A stretch of DNA of 64,000 nucleotides, from IMG/VR virus record IMGVR_UViG_3300032163_000001, positions 110,249-174,248 of that record; one strand, written 5' to 3'. The notes beneath the pieces are model-generated. The model made no database searches, was not told where the DNA came from, and saw nothing but the letters and a program-made list of their open reading frames with translations. A program made the translations under genes and the position numbers. The stretch is from a virus. Positions within the stretch are counted from its first letter, which is position 1. Each line of letters begins with the position of its first letter. Positions 1 to 8,516 of this stretch are shown in pieces.

Positions 1-192
1 GTTATTATGAGAATTCATAAGTGGATTACTATAGCAATGTATTCTCCCGATTTTCAACCTGTTGGAAGAGTGATGACAAATGGTCATATCTTCTTCGTAG
101 TGGACCACCTCAGTTCCACGATGAAACGGTGTAAGAGTTTTGATGAGGCTATGGACAAACTGACAAGAAATATGTTTTGTAATTGAAGACTA

Positions 193-240
193 AAATATAG
201 TGCATCTTGATTGAGACTATTAAGGTGCACTATAGTAGCA
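193..240 (+). promoter_or_regulatory. Inverted repeat (ATATAGTGCA...TGCACTATAG) overlapping a sigma70-like TTGATT-N18-TATAGT; candidate promoter/operator upstream of the first gene
   Basis: 10-bp inverted repeat read directly. -35/-10-like hexamers with 18-nt spacer. Confidence 0.3.
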
Positions 241-405
241 TTCTAATTTTGTTTCAGTAGTAGAAGTAGAGAATTCCAAAACAAATATGAAAGGGGGTGA
301 TGTGAAACTCACAGAAGGAAAAGGGAATAGAGAGGCTAGAGTGTGACTCATAATGAGTCCATATAATTTTCATCAACCGTTATGAGAAAAAGGAGGAAAT
401 TTAGT

Positions 406-1347
406 ATGAAAAAGAATTATTTGTTAGCTTTAGTTTTGGCAGTGGTGCTAATGGCTACACCTGCTATGGCGTGGAACCTTGGCTACTCATTCAGTAGCTC
501 CGACTATAGCCAGACTTCAAGTGGTTGGGTTGGTCCTGGTACGAGTGGAGGTGTCACTACGAACACCGATTCTTTCCATGCTGTTGGGGTTCTTGGCAGT
601 GGTACTGTTTTTGGTAGTAATTACTCTGGTGGTTATGCAGTGACCACGAATATTAATCCGATTTCAGCACCTCCTGGACAAGATCCTAATCCAGGTGGTC
701 ATGAATGGAACGCAACTCAGAACTCTGGTGGAGCAGTAGGCGGGTTCAGTTACTCTATCCAGACTGGAAGTAAGAACTTCCTTTGGATTATCCCCCCTGT
801 AGCTGGAGGCATTGGTGGAACCAAAGGTGATGTTTCTCAGTGGAGTGCTGATGGGTCTAATGTGATTGGTCTAAGTGGAGGACTTACTGGTAGCTATGCT
901 TCACAAAACAGCGCTGCCGGATTCTGTGGTGCGGATGCAGATTTGCTCATTGGCAAGGATAAGAGTCCTGTGACTGGTTTATTCACAGGGAACTCTCTGG
1001 TCAATGGTGGAACCTATTCCTACTCTTACAGAGGTAATGATGGACTTGGCACCAAGTTCATTGGGACTGAGTCTGGTGCCGGTAACTCTGCTAATACAAT
1101 CATTACTGGTGGTATCGGTTCTGGTTATGCAGGTGGGAACGGTCAGACTTTTGGTGGATCGTCCATCAATCCAACCGGACTTCCGCCCAGTGTGCATGCT
1201 TCTACTTCTGGTATGTATGCTGGTCAGTTCTCTTACTCAGGAAATGGGAATGGGAACGTGGCTGGATATAGTCAGTCATATGGTACTGCAATACCCTATG
1301 GTTACGTCTTTGGTACCTACTCTGGTGTTAGTGTAAACATGCCGTAA
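406..1347 (+). CDS. Secreted Gly/Ser/Thr-rich protein with signal peptide (start moved to the ATG at 406 that follows AAAGGAGG)
   Basis: SD AAAGGAGG 7 nt upstream of ATG 406. N-terminus MKKNYLLALVLAVVLMATPAMAW is a signal peptide. Low-complexity G/S/T-rich body. Confidence 0.6.
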   Translation: MKKNYLLALVLAVVLMATPAMAWNLGYSFSSSDYSQTSSGWVGPGTSGGVTTNTDSFHAVGVLGSGTVFGSNYSGGYAVTTNINPISAPPGQDPNPGGHEWNATQNSGGAVGGFSYSIQTGSKNFLWIIPPVAGGIGGTKGDVSQWSADGSNVIGLSGGLTGSYASQNSAAGFCGADADLLIGKDKSPVTGLFTGNSLVNGGTYSYSYRGNDGLGTKFIGTESGAGNSANTIITGGIGSGYAGGNGQTFGGSSINPTGLPPSVHASTSGMYAGQFSYSGNGNGNVAGYSQSYGTAIPYGYVFGTYSGVSVNMP

Positions 1348-1448
1348 ACTTTCACAACTGGGACTTCAATGTCCTAATCTGAAAAGGAGGGAGTTAACTT
1401 CTAGTTGACTCCTTCCTTTACTTTAAGAAAGAGGAGGTAAAAAGAGTT

Positions 1449-2225
1449 ATGAAAAGAATATCTTTATTAATTATGGTTTTGATCATGATGTTCACTACCA
1501 CAGCATTTGCTCAGGTGGGTATCACTAACAGTCAGAACAAACCAGACTATTCCCCAGTGGCCCAAGCTGGAGCTCAATCCACATCTGGAGCTACAGCTGT
1601 TGCCAATCCATCAAGCGTATCTGGAGCTACAGCTAGTTCCAATCCAACAACCATATCTGGAGTTACTAATACTAATACTCCAGTAACTACAGGCATCGGT
1701 GTTGTGGGCGTTGACGTTAAAGTTCTATCTGAGAACCCGGTACAAAATATCCAAAATACTGCTTTCTTTCCTTTACCCATCTCTTTAATTCAAGGTGGTA
1801 GAGTTGGTGATATAACTGATCAGTTACCCAACTTCGCTGGTATGAAGAAGTTAAGAGTTCCTTATATCAGAGAGAATGGTGAAAGAAGAGAAGTTGATTT
1901 AGGGGAAATAGTAAATCCGGATAAGATCGAGACTTTCTCAGGCTGGTTCCTTGACAGGGTATGTCTAGAGGATCTCTGGAAAGACGTTGTAAAGTCCTTT
2001 AGAAAAATGCAGGACAAGGGATGGAATATTGCCAAGATGAGATACCGGGTTTACTATAAAGACAAAGCCAAAGGCGTTGGTGCTAGCCTTGGTGGTAGTG
2101 GTGGTATGTCAACCACATCTAATAGTGGCACTGGTATTCAAGCCTCTGGTGGTGCAACGATTGGATATGCTTCTAGTTGGGCAGATCCAATGTATGTTAT
2201 TACAATTTGTGAAGTCGTACAGTAG
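1449..2225 (+). CDS. Secreted protein with signal peptide and Ser/Thr/Ala repeats
   Basis: SD GAGGAGG. N-terminus MKRISLLIMVLIMMFTTTAFAQ. Repeated SGATA(V/S)(A/S)NP units. Confidence 0.6.
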   Translation: MKRISLLIMVLIMMFTTTAFAQVGITNSQNKPDYSPVAQAGAQSTSGATAVANPSSVSGATASSNPTTISGVTNTNTPVTTGIGVVGVDVKVLSENPVQNIQNTAFFPLPISLIQGGRVGDITDQLPNFAGMKKLRVPYIRENGERREVDLGEIVNPDKIETFSGWFLDRVCLEDLWKDVVKSFRKMQDKGWNIAKMRYRVYYKDKAKGVGASLGGSGGMSTTSNSGTGIQASGGATIGYASSWADPMYVITICEVVQ

Positions 2226-2303
2226 AATCCATTTAGTGGTTAGGGGAGGAGGATTTTAGTTTAATCCTCCTCTTTATTTTCTCTATTTAAGGAGGATGAA
2301 AAT

Positions 2304-2606
2304 ATGAAAAAGGTTGCCTTAGTGCTGTTGATTTTGACGCTGGCAGTAATTACTGGTTATGGTTCAGCGTATGCATTTGATTCACCCAGACATTTCTGCC
2401 ATCATCCTTTTAACATCAAAACATTCACAGGGTTACCTTCTGTATTCATATTACCTACCAACGATCTTTCTGGACTCTACTGGCAATATTTACTCACTAT
2501 AAAACCTGGTCGAAATGGATGGGTTTATAGTGACTTCGCATTGAAGAGTAAGTATCTAGGAAAACCGATCGTAGGTAAAGTTACAAAAGGTAAACCTCTA
2601 AATTAA
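2304..2606 (+). CDS. Small secreted protein (signal peptide)
   Basis: SD GGAGGATG. N-terminus MKKVALVLLILTLAVITGYGSAYA. Confidence 0.5.
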   Translation: MKKVALVLLILTLAVITGYGSAYAFDSPRHFCHHPFNIKTFTGLPSVFILPTNDLSGLYWQYLLTIKPGRNGWVYSDFALKSKYLGKPIVGKVTKGKPLN

Positions 2607-2633
2607 CAACTAATTTGGTTTAGAGGAGGAGTC

Positions 2634-3392
2634 ATGAAAATAAAAATCCTGCTGTTAATTGTAAGTATTCTATTTATGTCAAACGCAGGTTTCGCTTCTG
2701 ATTTAAAAGATTTCCCTAGAGATAACTTCTTTCTCGAAATCTATTTACCTCTAGGTGACGTAGGAAAACCATCACCAAATGCTATAGGTAAGGGGTTGAA
2801 TGGGACTCAGTTAAATAAACAGGATTGTATTGGTCCTGGATTGCTACCTGCTGGAGTTGAGGAATGGATAGTTATAGGAAAGAATAAGAAGGGGAAAGTA
2901 ATTGTACAAGCTTCCCCACCTAAACCTGTTCCTTCACCTCCACTAGTAGTACAAGTGCCACTTCCACCAGTGCCAAAAGTAATACCCACGTTACCTCCCC
3001 CGTTACCTCCCCCGCCACTTCCGCCACTTCTACCACCAAAAGTAATTCCACTAGTAGTTTTACCACCTATCTATTTTGATATAAATAAGAGTATGATAGA
3101 TGCTAGAACTGCAGGCACGCTGGATAAAATTGGTAAGATTTTGAAAGAGAACCCCAAGATGAAAATCGAAATCATGGGACATACTGACGACAGTGGTGTA
3201 GAGGTAGGAAATAAGAAGTTATCCGAGAAGAGAGCACTTTCCGCTCAGAAATATCTCTCCGACAAATTCGGAATTTCAGAAGATCGTTTGATTGCTAAAG
3301 GGTATGGATCAACGAAACCTATCGCTGATAATAAGACTATAGAAGGCCGTAGACAGAATAGGAGAGTTGAATTTCATATTATTGAGAAATAA
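2634..3392 (+). CDS. OmpA/MotB C-terminal-domain (peptidoglycan-binding) protein with signal peptide and proline-rich linker
   Basis: Signal peptide MKIKILLLIVSILFMSNAGFAS. Pro-rich PPLPPPPLPPLLPP linker. C-terminus MGHTDDSGVEVGNKKLSEKRALSAQKYL...GYGSTKPIADNKTIEGRRQNRRVEF matches the OmpA_C consensus (GHTD..G....N..LS..RA..V...L......G.G...P......T..G...NRRVE). Confidence 0.8.
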   Translation: MKIKILLLIVSILFMSNAGFASDLKDFPRDNFFLEIYLPLGDVGKPSPNAIGKGLNGTQLNKQDCIGPGLLPAGVEEWIVIGKNKKGKVIVQASPPKPVPSPPLVVQVPLPPVPKVIPTLPPPLPPPPLPPLLPPKVIPLVVLPPIYFDINKSMIDARTAGTLDKIGKILKENPKMKIEIMGHTDDSGVEVGNKKLSEKRALSAQKYLSDKFGISEDRLIAKGYGSTKPIADNKTIEGRRQNRRVEFHIIEK

Positions 3393-3397
3393 TAGCG

Positions 3398-3428
3398 GGG
3401 GAGGTATGTAATTCCTCCCCTTCTATTA
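3398..3428 (+). terminator. Rho-independent terminator (GGGGGAGG-loop-CCTCCCC + T-rich tail)
   Basis: Perfect 7-8 bp GC stem immediately after the stop of the OmpA-like gene, followed by TTCTATT. Confidence 0.65.
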
Positions 3429-3456
3429 CATATATTAATTTAATGAAAAGGAGGTG
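3424..3456 (+). promoter_or_regulatory. Conserved bipartite motif copy 1: TACATATATTAATT-N5-GAAAAGGAGGTGAAA (putative phage promoter/leader element)
   Basis: One of five near-identical copies (3424, 6208, 30686, 36068, 63148), all on + strand upstream of + strand genes. Confidence 0.5.
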
Positions 3457-3508
3457 AAACCAATAGGTAAATTTTAAACATTAAACATTTATCAAAAAAG
3501 GAGGGAGT

Positions 3509-4288
3509 ATGTTAAGATACTTTGCATTATTTCTAGTTGTTGGATTAATGTTGGGTTGTGTTCATGTGGAAGAAATAACAAAAGAAACTCCGCAGAGAAT
3601 TCTAAGTCCTATAGCGCTGGGAGAAAAGCCTCCAGAGATAGTTGTTGGTTCTAAATTTCTTTATAAAAGGACTAACGCTATTACTGGAGAAAGTATGATA
3701 TTTATTCAATCAATTAAGAATAAAGTTGATTGGATGGGTTCTCCTGCATATGTAGTAGAACTCATGAAAGAAGAAGCACTTCCCAATAAAGGCTACTCAA
3801 CATTTAAGTATGCTTTAATTGATAGTAACTTAAATATGTTAGCTGCTATGAATAAAGAAGGTCAACTTATCGAGGCTGTATCTGGAAATGTTTCAATTGT
3901 AACACCAAAGGGAACTACTATTGATGGACGATCTATAGTAGTCTATAATTGGCCACTTAAAGTCGGTGACGCCTTTTCAGTAACTTATGAGACCTTCAAC
4001 AAATCAGCTAATCAGACTGTAAAAAATACTGACCAAGTAAAAGTTGAGCAGAAAACCATGATTCGGAATTCTAATATTGGTTCTTGGTTAGCATATAAAA
4101 TTCGGCACACCGCTCCTGGGATGATTGAGACTCGTTACTATTCACCAGATCTTGGACTTGAAATTAGACAAGAAGTTAACCAGACAATTGACAATCCTCA
4201 AGGTGCGGGAGTATTTGTAGTTGATATGATTGGTTACTCAATTCCAGGAGTTGGCGAGAAAGGTGAGAAAATCAAACTTCTTAAATAA
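3509..4288 (+). CDS. Putative lipoprotein (lipobox LMLGC)
   Basis: SD AAAAAGGAGGG. N-terminus MLRYFALFLVVGLMLGCVHV has an L-x-G-C lipobox. Confidence 0.55.
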   Translation: MLRYFALFLVVGLMLGCVHVEEITKETPQRILSPIALGEKPPEIVVGSKFLYKRTNAITGESMIFIQSIKNKVDWMGSPAYVVELMKEEALPNKGYSTFKYALIDSNLNMLAAMNKEGQLIEAVSGNVSIVTPKGTTIDGRSIVVYNWPLKVGDAFSVTYETFNKSANQTVKNTDQVKVEQKTMIRNSNIGSWLAYKIRHTAPGMIETRYYSPDLGLEIRQEVNQTIDNPQGAGVFVVDMIGYSIPGVGEKGEKIKLLK

Positions 4289-4289
4289 A

Positions 4290-4500
4290 TACACCCATGG
4301 CTACGCCGGCTGAGGAGAGCCACCTCTAATCGGGCTATGGGTTATATGTCAACTAGAATGTGGTCAGCTGAGAGTAATCCCAGAAAGTTCTAGTTGACGA
4401 TACCATAATAGTCCTATAGACAGTAACTATTCCCTCCTCAAGGTAGACTCAACTCCGCCTTCGAAAGGTCTAGTAGTTACTGCCTATTTTATAAAGATCA
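4290..4500 (+). ncRNA. Structured, GC-richer intergenic element with nested perfect inverted repeats (candidate small RNA or multi-hairpin regulatory region)
   Basis: ACCCATGGC...GCTATGGGT stem enclosing GGCT-gaggag-AGCC. Perfect 11-bp GTCAACTAGAA...TTCTAGTTGAC inverted repeat. No ORF. GC clearly above flanks. Confidence 0.3.
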
Positions 4501-4517
4501 AAGAAGGGGGTGTTTAT

Positions 4518-4709
4518 ATGACTGACAAGGAAAAACTGGTAGGGATACGACAAGCATTGAAAGACATAATTGCCTATCCCAAAAAAGGGGAATCTCGTCG
4601 AACAAGAGACGGTTATCCTTCTGAAATTATTCATGACAAATTTGCGTATGACCGTATTGTGAAATCGTATCGTGATGCACTTAAAAAGGTTCTTCATCAA
4701 TACAAATAA
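4518..4709 (+). CDS. Hypothetical small basic protein
   Basis: SD AAGAAGGGGG. 63-aa ORF. Confidence 0.4.
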   Translation: MTDKEKLVGIRQALKDIIAYPKKGESRRTRDGYPSEIIHDKFAYDRIVKSYRDALKKVLHQYK

Positions 4710-4765
4710 CATCTAAACGGAGGAACCGCATTTTTTTCTAAAATAATATAAATCAAGGAGAAATT

Positions 4766-5161
4766 ATGAGACGTACGAGAATCAAAACTTTTACAATCTC
4801 TGAAATCTTAGACAATATTGATCTTTGTAAAGATAGTATGATATTAGATGAGTTTTCTGTCAATCTAACTCCTAGATTTCTAACTTTTAAAGTAGATGGA
4901 ATAAAATGTCATCACTGCGGATTAGAGGGTAGTTTCTTCTCTTTGGATAAATTTCAGATGGACAAATCTCCTCACTTAAATCTCTATGCTATTAAAGATG
5001 GAAAAGAAGTTTTAATGACATCTGATCATATTATACCGAAATCAAAAGGAGGTAGTAACGGTATAAGTAATAGGCAGTGCCTTTGTCATAAATGTAATGA
5101 GAAGAAAGATCCTGCTGTAAACAAGAAGGGAGAAAAAGATGGAGAAAGATCACGAGTTTAG
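4766..5161 (+). CDS. HNH endonuclease (small, free-standing)
   Basis: CHHCG...DHIIPKSKGGSNGISNRQCLCHKCNEKK is an HNH motif with Zn-binding Cys pairs. SD AAGGAGA. Confidence 0.7.
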   Translation: MRRTRIKTFTISEILDNIDLCKDSMILDEFSVNLTPRFLTFKVDGIKCHHCGLEGSFFSLDKFQMDKSPHLNLYAIKDGKEVLMTSDHIIPKSKGGSNGISNRQCLCHKCNEKKDPAVNKKGEKDGERSRV

Positions 5162-5366
5162 AAATTTATCTACTAATCACAATGTCATTATTTTAAAGTC
5201 GAATTCAAGTATATGTCATTCTAGTTGTCCTTGGAAACGCATGCTAGGTTTTTACTGTTATTTGTTTAATCGTAAGTTAGAAATTAATAATAATGTGGGT
5301 CCATATACAAACCGCTGTTTTGAATGTATTAAGATGGAAAAAAAGAAAGAGAGAATAGTACTATAG
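5139..5366 (+). CDS. Hypothetical Cys-rich small protein (weak)
   Basis: ORF with SD-like AAGGGAG. Overlaps the previous gene end. Low complexity. Confidence 0.25.
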   Translation: MEKDHEFRNLSTNHNVIILKSNSSICHSSCPWKRMLGFYCYLFNRKLEINNNVGPYTNRCFECIKMEKKKERIVL

Positions 5367-5381
5367 AAAGGGAGATGAACG

Positions 5382-5897
5382 ATGCAAAAAGAAGCAGAGG
5401 AGAAAGAATTGGAGAAAGAATTAGAGTTACTAATGAAAGAGGTAAAAACGGTAGTGGATTTTTTCCAAACAAAAACTGGAGAAAAATTGATGAAGATTCT
5501 TCTAGAAAAAACTGAACCAGAAGGGAGAACAAAAGAGTGTCCAAGCATTGATGAAATGTTAGTAGTATCTAAACAGTCCCATGAACGAGTTTATGAAGTT
5601 CTTAAAGATTTTGATTTTAAAGATATGAATTTATTACCAGATCCGCCAAGTTCTCCACTCTTACAAAATCCTCCGCTATTTAGACATATCGCAACTTGCT
5701 ACCATTGTACAATGTGGTTATCTGCTTATAGTAGTCCAACTTCTATTAAAATCCTAGGGGATCTTAAGAAACAATTTAAACCTTCTGAAATAAATAAAGT
5801 TAAAATTATTCTAAGACTTACTAAGAAAATGCAGAATCAAGCCATAGATCTTTTACTTAAAAAGGCAAAAGAAGAAAAAGAAGGAGATAAAAAATGA
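5382..5897 (+). CDS. Hypothetical protein
   Basis: SD AAAGGGAG. 171-aa ORF. Confidence 0.45.
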   Translation: MQKEAEEKELEKELELLMKEVKTVVDFFQTKTGEKLMKILLEKTEPEGRTKECPSIDEMLVVSKQSHERVYEVLKDFDFKDMNLLPDPPSSPLLQNPPLFRHIATCYHCTMWLSAYSSPTSIKILGDLKKQFKPSEINKVKIILRLTKKMQNQAIDLLLKKAKEEKEGDKK

Positions 5898-6157
5898 AAA
5901 AAGTTAGTGTATCTTCTGCACCATGGGGTGATCCATATCCGTGTGGTGATTTAACAGTTGTACGCATTGGTGGGAAAGTAGTAGGTACTACTGTTGGTGG
6001 AGACCCAATAGAAATTAAACAACTTGCTAAAAAGTCCTATGAACTGGGTTTAAAGGATGGTAGAAAAGAAGATAAACAAAATATCAAATCAGAAGATTGT
6101 ACAGGTGCTGCCAAGTGTATAAAATCTTACGAGAAGTTAACACAACCTAAAAAATAA
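5894..6157 (+). CDS. Hypothetical protein
   Basis: SD AAGGAGA. ATGA start/stop overlap with upstream gene. Confidence 0.45.
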   Translation: MKKVSVSSAPWGDPYPCGDLTVVRIGGKVVGTTVGGDPIEIKQLAKKSYELGLKDGRKEDKQNIKSEDCTGAAKCIKSYEKLTQPKK

Positions 6158-6159
6158 GT

Positions 6160-6207
6160 ATTTAGTTTAATTTAGTTTAAACTAAACTATTTAGTTTAAG
6201 TTCTCTT
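6160..6207. repeat. Direct and palindromic repeats of TTTAGTTTAA, including the perfect palindrome TTTAGTTTAAACTAAA (candidate operator/terminator)
   Basis: Three or more copies of TTTAGTTTAA within 45 nt. The 16-nt unit is self-complementary. Confidence 0.4.
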
Positions 6208-6242
6208 GATTTACATATATTAATTTTTGAAAGGAGGAACTA
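6208..6242 (+). promoter_or_regulatory. Conserved bipartite motif copy 2: TACATATATTAATT-N5-GAAAGGAGGAAC
   Basis: See copy 1. Here the GGAGG also serves as SD for ATG 6243. Confidence 0.5.
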
Positions 6243-6437
6243 ATGTGTGTGATAGAAAGTGAACAAGAAATTTGTGGGACTTGTCGTTTTTGGGATTTTT
6301 TACATTACGCTGCAGGTGGTGGAGATAATTTAGATTGTAAAAGGTTTCCAAGGTATGAGGAAAAGGGAAAGTTTGAATCTTGTGGAGAATGGAAATCTAG
6401 AAAGGAAAAACAAATCTTACACGAATCGAAAGAATGA
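6243..6437 (+). CDS. Hypothetical Cys-rich small protein
   Basis: ORF directly after motif/SD. CGTC...C...C pattern. Confidence 0.4.
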   Translation: MCVIESEQEICGTCRFWDFLHYAAGGGDNLDCKRFPRYEEKGKFESCGEWKSRKEKQILHESKE

Positions 6438-6461
6438 TTTATTGAGAGAAGGGAGAATATC

Positions 6462-7151
6462 ATGCAAAAACCAATACTAGACAAAATCATAGTTGTTGAT
6501 ATAGAAACAACTTGTTGGAGACAAGATGAGTGGCCTAAACTTGAAGATGGTTCTAAAGTTAGGAGTGAGATTATTGAAATTGGAATCTGTTTGCTTGATA
6601 TAAGAAGTAAAGTAGTTTCGGAAAATAAAGGTTTTATAATCAAGCCAGAGAGGACAGAAGTTAGTAAGTTCTGTGAAAATTTAACTACTTTAAAACAAGA
6701 AGATGTAGATAAAGGACAGTCTTTGGTATCTGCTATATCAACTATAACAGATATTTACAAAGCTCCTAAAAGAGTGTGGTCTAGTTATGGTTTTTTTGAT
6801 AAAAACCATGTTTCTCAAGAATGCTATGATAAAAGAATTAAATATCCATTCTCACAAAGACACATTAATGTTAAAACTTTATTTGCAGTTAAAAATGAAT
6901 TGCGTGAAGAAGTTGGAATGGCTAGAGCTTTAGACATGTTAAAAATACAACCTATTGGAATACACCATAGAGGAGTAGATGATGCTGCTAATATAGCAAA
7001 GATTCTAGCTGTTACAATCGAAGGGAGAGAAGAAGAGTTTAGAAAACTAATAGAAGAGTTGGAGAAGGAAGATAGAAAATTAAAGGAAGAGTTGAAGCGT
7101 GTTACAAGTGAACGAGATCAATTAAGAATATTACATGAACCATTACCCTAG
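6462..7151 (+). CDS. DEDDh 3'-5' exonuclease (DnaQ/RNase T-like; T4 DexA-like role)
   Basis: Exo I motif VVDIETT. Exo III motif HHRGVDDAANIAKIL. 229 aa with coiled-coil C-terminus. Confidence 0.7.
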   Translation: MQKPILDKIIVVDIETTCWRQDEWPKLEDGSKVRSEIIEIGICLLDIRSKVVSENKGFIIKPERTEVSKFCENLTTLKQEDVDKGQSLVSAISTITDIYKAPKRVWSSYGFFDKNHVSQECYDKRIKYPFSQRHINVKTLFAVKNELREEVGMARALDMLKIQPIGIHHRGVDDAANIAKILAVTIEGREEEFRKLIEELEKEDRKLKEELKRVTSERDQLRILHEPLP

Positions 7152-7206
7152 AAAAAATGAAAGGAGGTATAAATATCGAAAAATTAAAGTAAGGAGGGTA
7201 TAGAAC

Positions 7207-7908
7207 GTGGAAGCAAGACTAAAAATCATTCCTAAATGGACTATCGAAAAAATTGATGGTGGAATTATGATAAATGGCGTGCCCTACAAAGATTATATTA
7301 AAGAAGTTGAAGATCAGCAACTAAGAGCTGAAATAGAACTAGAAGTTAAGAACCAGATTAAAGAAAAGAGAGCAGCCATTTCACACTGTGAACCTAAACA
7401 CAACTCGCTCATCAAAAATGGACCAGCAGGGAAATGTATAATTTTTCCTATAAAGCGAATACGAAAGGAGTATCCAAATATGTCAGTAACAGAGAAAACA
7501 AACGAAGAGAAAATCGTAGAAATGATTATTGACCAGGGACCAATATCAGGGAGAGATATTTCTAAACACCTTGGTATAGAACTATCCTCAATCAGAGCTG
7601 CTGTAAGTAGAATTACCAGATCCGTACCCGATCTTATTGATAAAATTCGAGATGGTACATCAGTTACTTATCTGAAAAATAAACACTCTGGATTTGGTCA
7701 GGAACTGACAGCAAAAGATGTATACGAAAAGTACAGAGAAAGAAGTACGAAGAAAGGCATAAAGAAAGAAGTAAAAACTCCATTTTCTCCAACCCCGTCA
7801 CTTATACCAGAACTTAGTACTTTAATGGGGATACCAAAAGAAGTGAAAGTTACAGTTGAGTTTATTGGACAAATCAATGTAGTTTTTGGATTTAAGAAAT
7901 CTGATTGA
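7207..7908 (+). CDS. Hypothetical protein with possible winged-helix region (GTG start)
   Basis: SD AAGGAGGG 8 nt upstream of GTG. Segment GPISGRDISKHLGIELSSIRAAVSRI is HTH-like. Confidence 0.4.
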   Translation: MEARLKIIPKWTIEKIDGGIMINGVPYKDYIKEVEDQQLRAEIELEVKNQIKEKRAAISHCEPKHNSLIKNGPAGKCIIFPIKRIRKEYPNMSVTEKTNEEKIVEMIIDQGPISGRDISKHLGIELSSIRAAVSRITRSVPDLIDKIRDGTSVTYLKNKHSGFGQELTAKDVYEKYRERSTKKGIKKEVKTPFSPTPSLIPELSTLMGIPKEVKVTVEFIGQINVVFGFKKSD

Positions 7909-7953
7909 GAAGGAGGGTGAACTCAAAATTTCTTTTAGAAGGAGGGGTGTGAC

Positions 7954-8202
7954 ATGATTAAGTTAGGTAGTAAAGTAAGAGATCCGATTACAGGATTGAC
8001 AGGTATTGCAGTAGTACGATCAGAATGGTTGTGGGGATGTGTAAGAATAGGAATACAACCCAATGAGATAAAAGATGGAAAACCTGTCGAGGAAACCTGG
8101 TTCGATGAGAACCGATTGGAAGTAGTCGTTAAAGAAAAAGGAGAAAAATCAAAACTAACTGGTGGTCCCGGAAGAGAGAGTAGAAAAGTAATTGAGGGAT
8201 AA
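7954..8202 (+). CDS. Hypothetical protein
   Basis: SD GGAGGGG. 82 aa. Confidence 0.4.
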   Translation: MIKLGSKVRDPITGLTGIAVVRSEWLWGCVRIGIQPNEIKDGKPVEETWFDENRLEVVVKEKGEKSKLTGGPGRESRKVIEG

Positions 8203-8263
8203 CATAACCTTCCTTATTTTCTCTCTTCATTCTAAAAAAAAAGAGAAAGGAGGTGATATATAA

Positions 8264-8515
8264 ATGGGAGAAATGAAAGTTATGATTCCTTTTAATGATC
8301 CAGAACATCCAAAAGAAGCAGGTCACATCAAAGAAGTATGGGATTCCTCTAAACCTGAAGAAGTACAACATGCGAAGGAAACTTATGAAAAATTTACTAA
8401 AAAAGGCTATCTTGCTTTTAGGGTAAAAAAGAATGGAGAACCTGGAGAAAAGATAAGTAAGTTTGATGCAGATGCTGAAATGATAATTCTCCAACCAATG
8501 TTAGCAGGAGGATAA
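8264..8515 (+). CDS. Hypothetical protein
   Basis: SD AAAGGAGG. 83 aa. Confidence 0.4.
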   Translation: MGEMKVMIPFNDPEHPKEAGHIKEVWDSSKPEEVQHAKETYEKFTKKGYLAFRVKKNGEPGEKISKFDADAEMIILQPMLAGG

Positions 8516-8516
8516 T

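Noticed and set aside
382-405. ATG at 382 as start of the first gene
   Set aside because: It lies within or upstream of its own Shine-Dalgarno (AAAGGAGG). ATG 406 has proper spacing and begins the signal peptide.
979-3000. Track ORFs 979-1197(-), 1004-1336(+), 1574-1780(-), 2077-2259(+), 2807-2989(-) nested inside the secreted-protein genes
   Set aside because: They are fully embedded in longer ORFs that have signal peptides, SDs and recognisable domains. They have no SD and show low-complexity mirror-frame translations.
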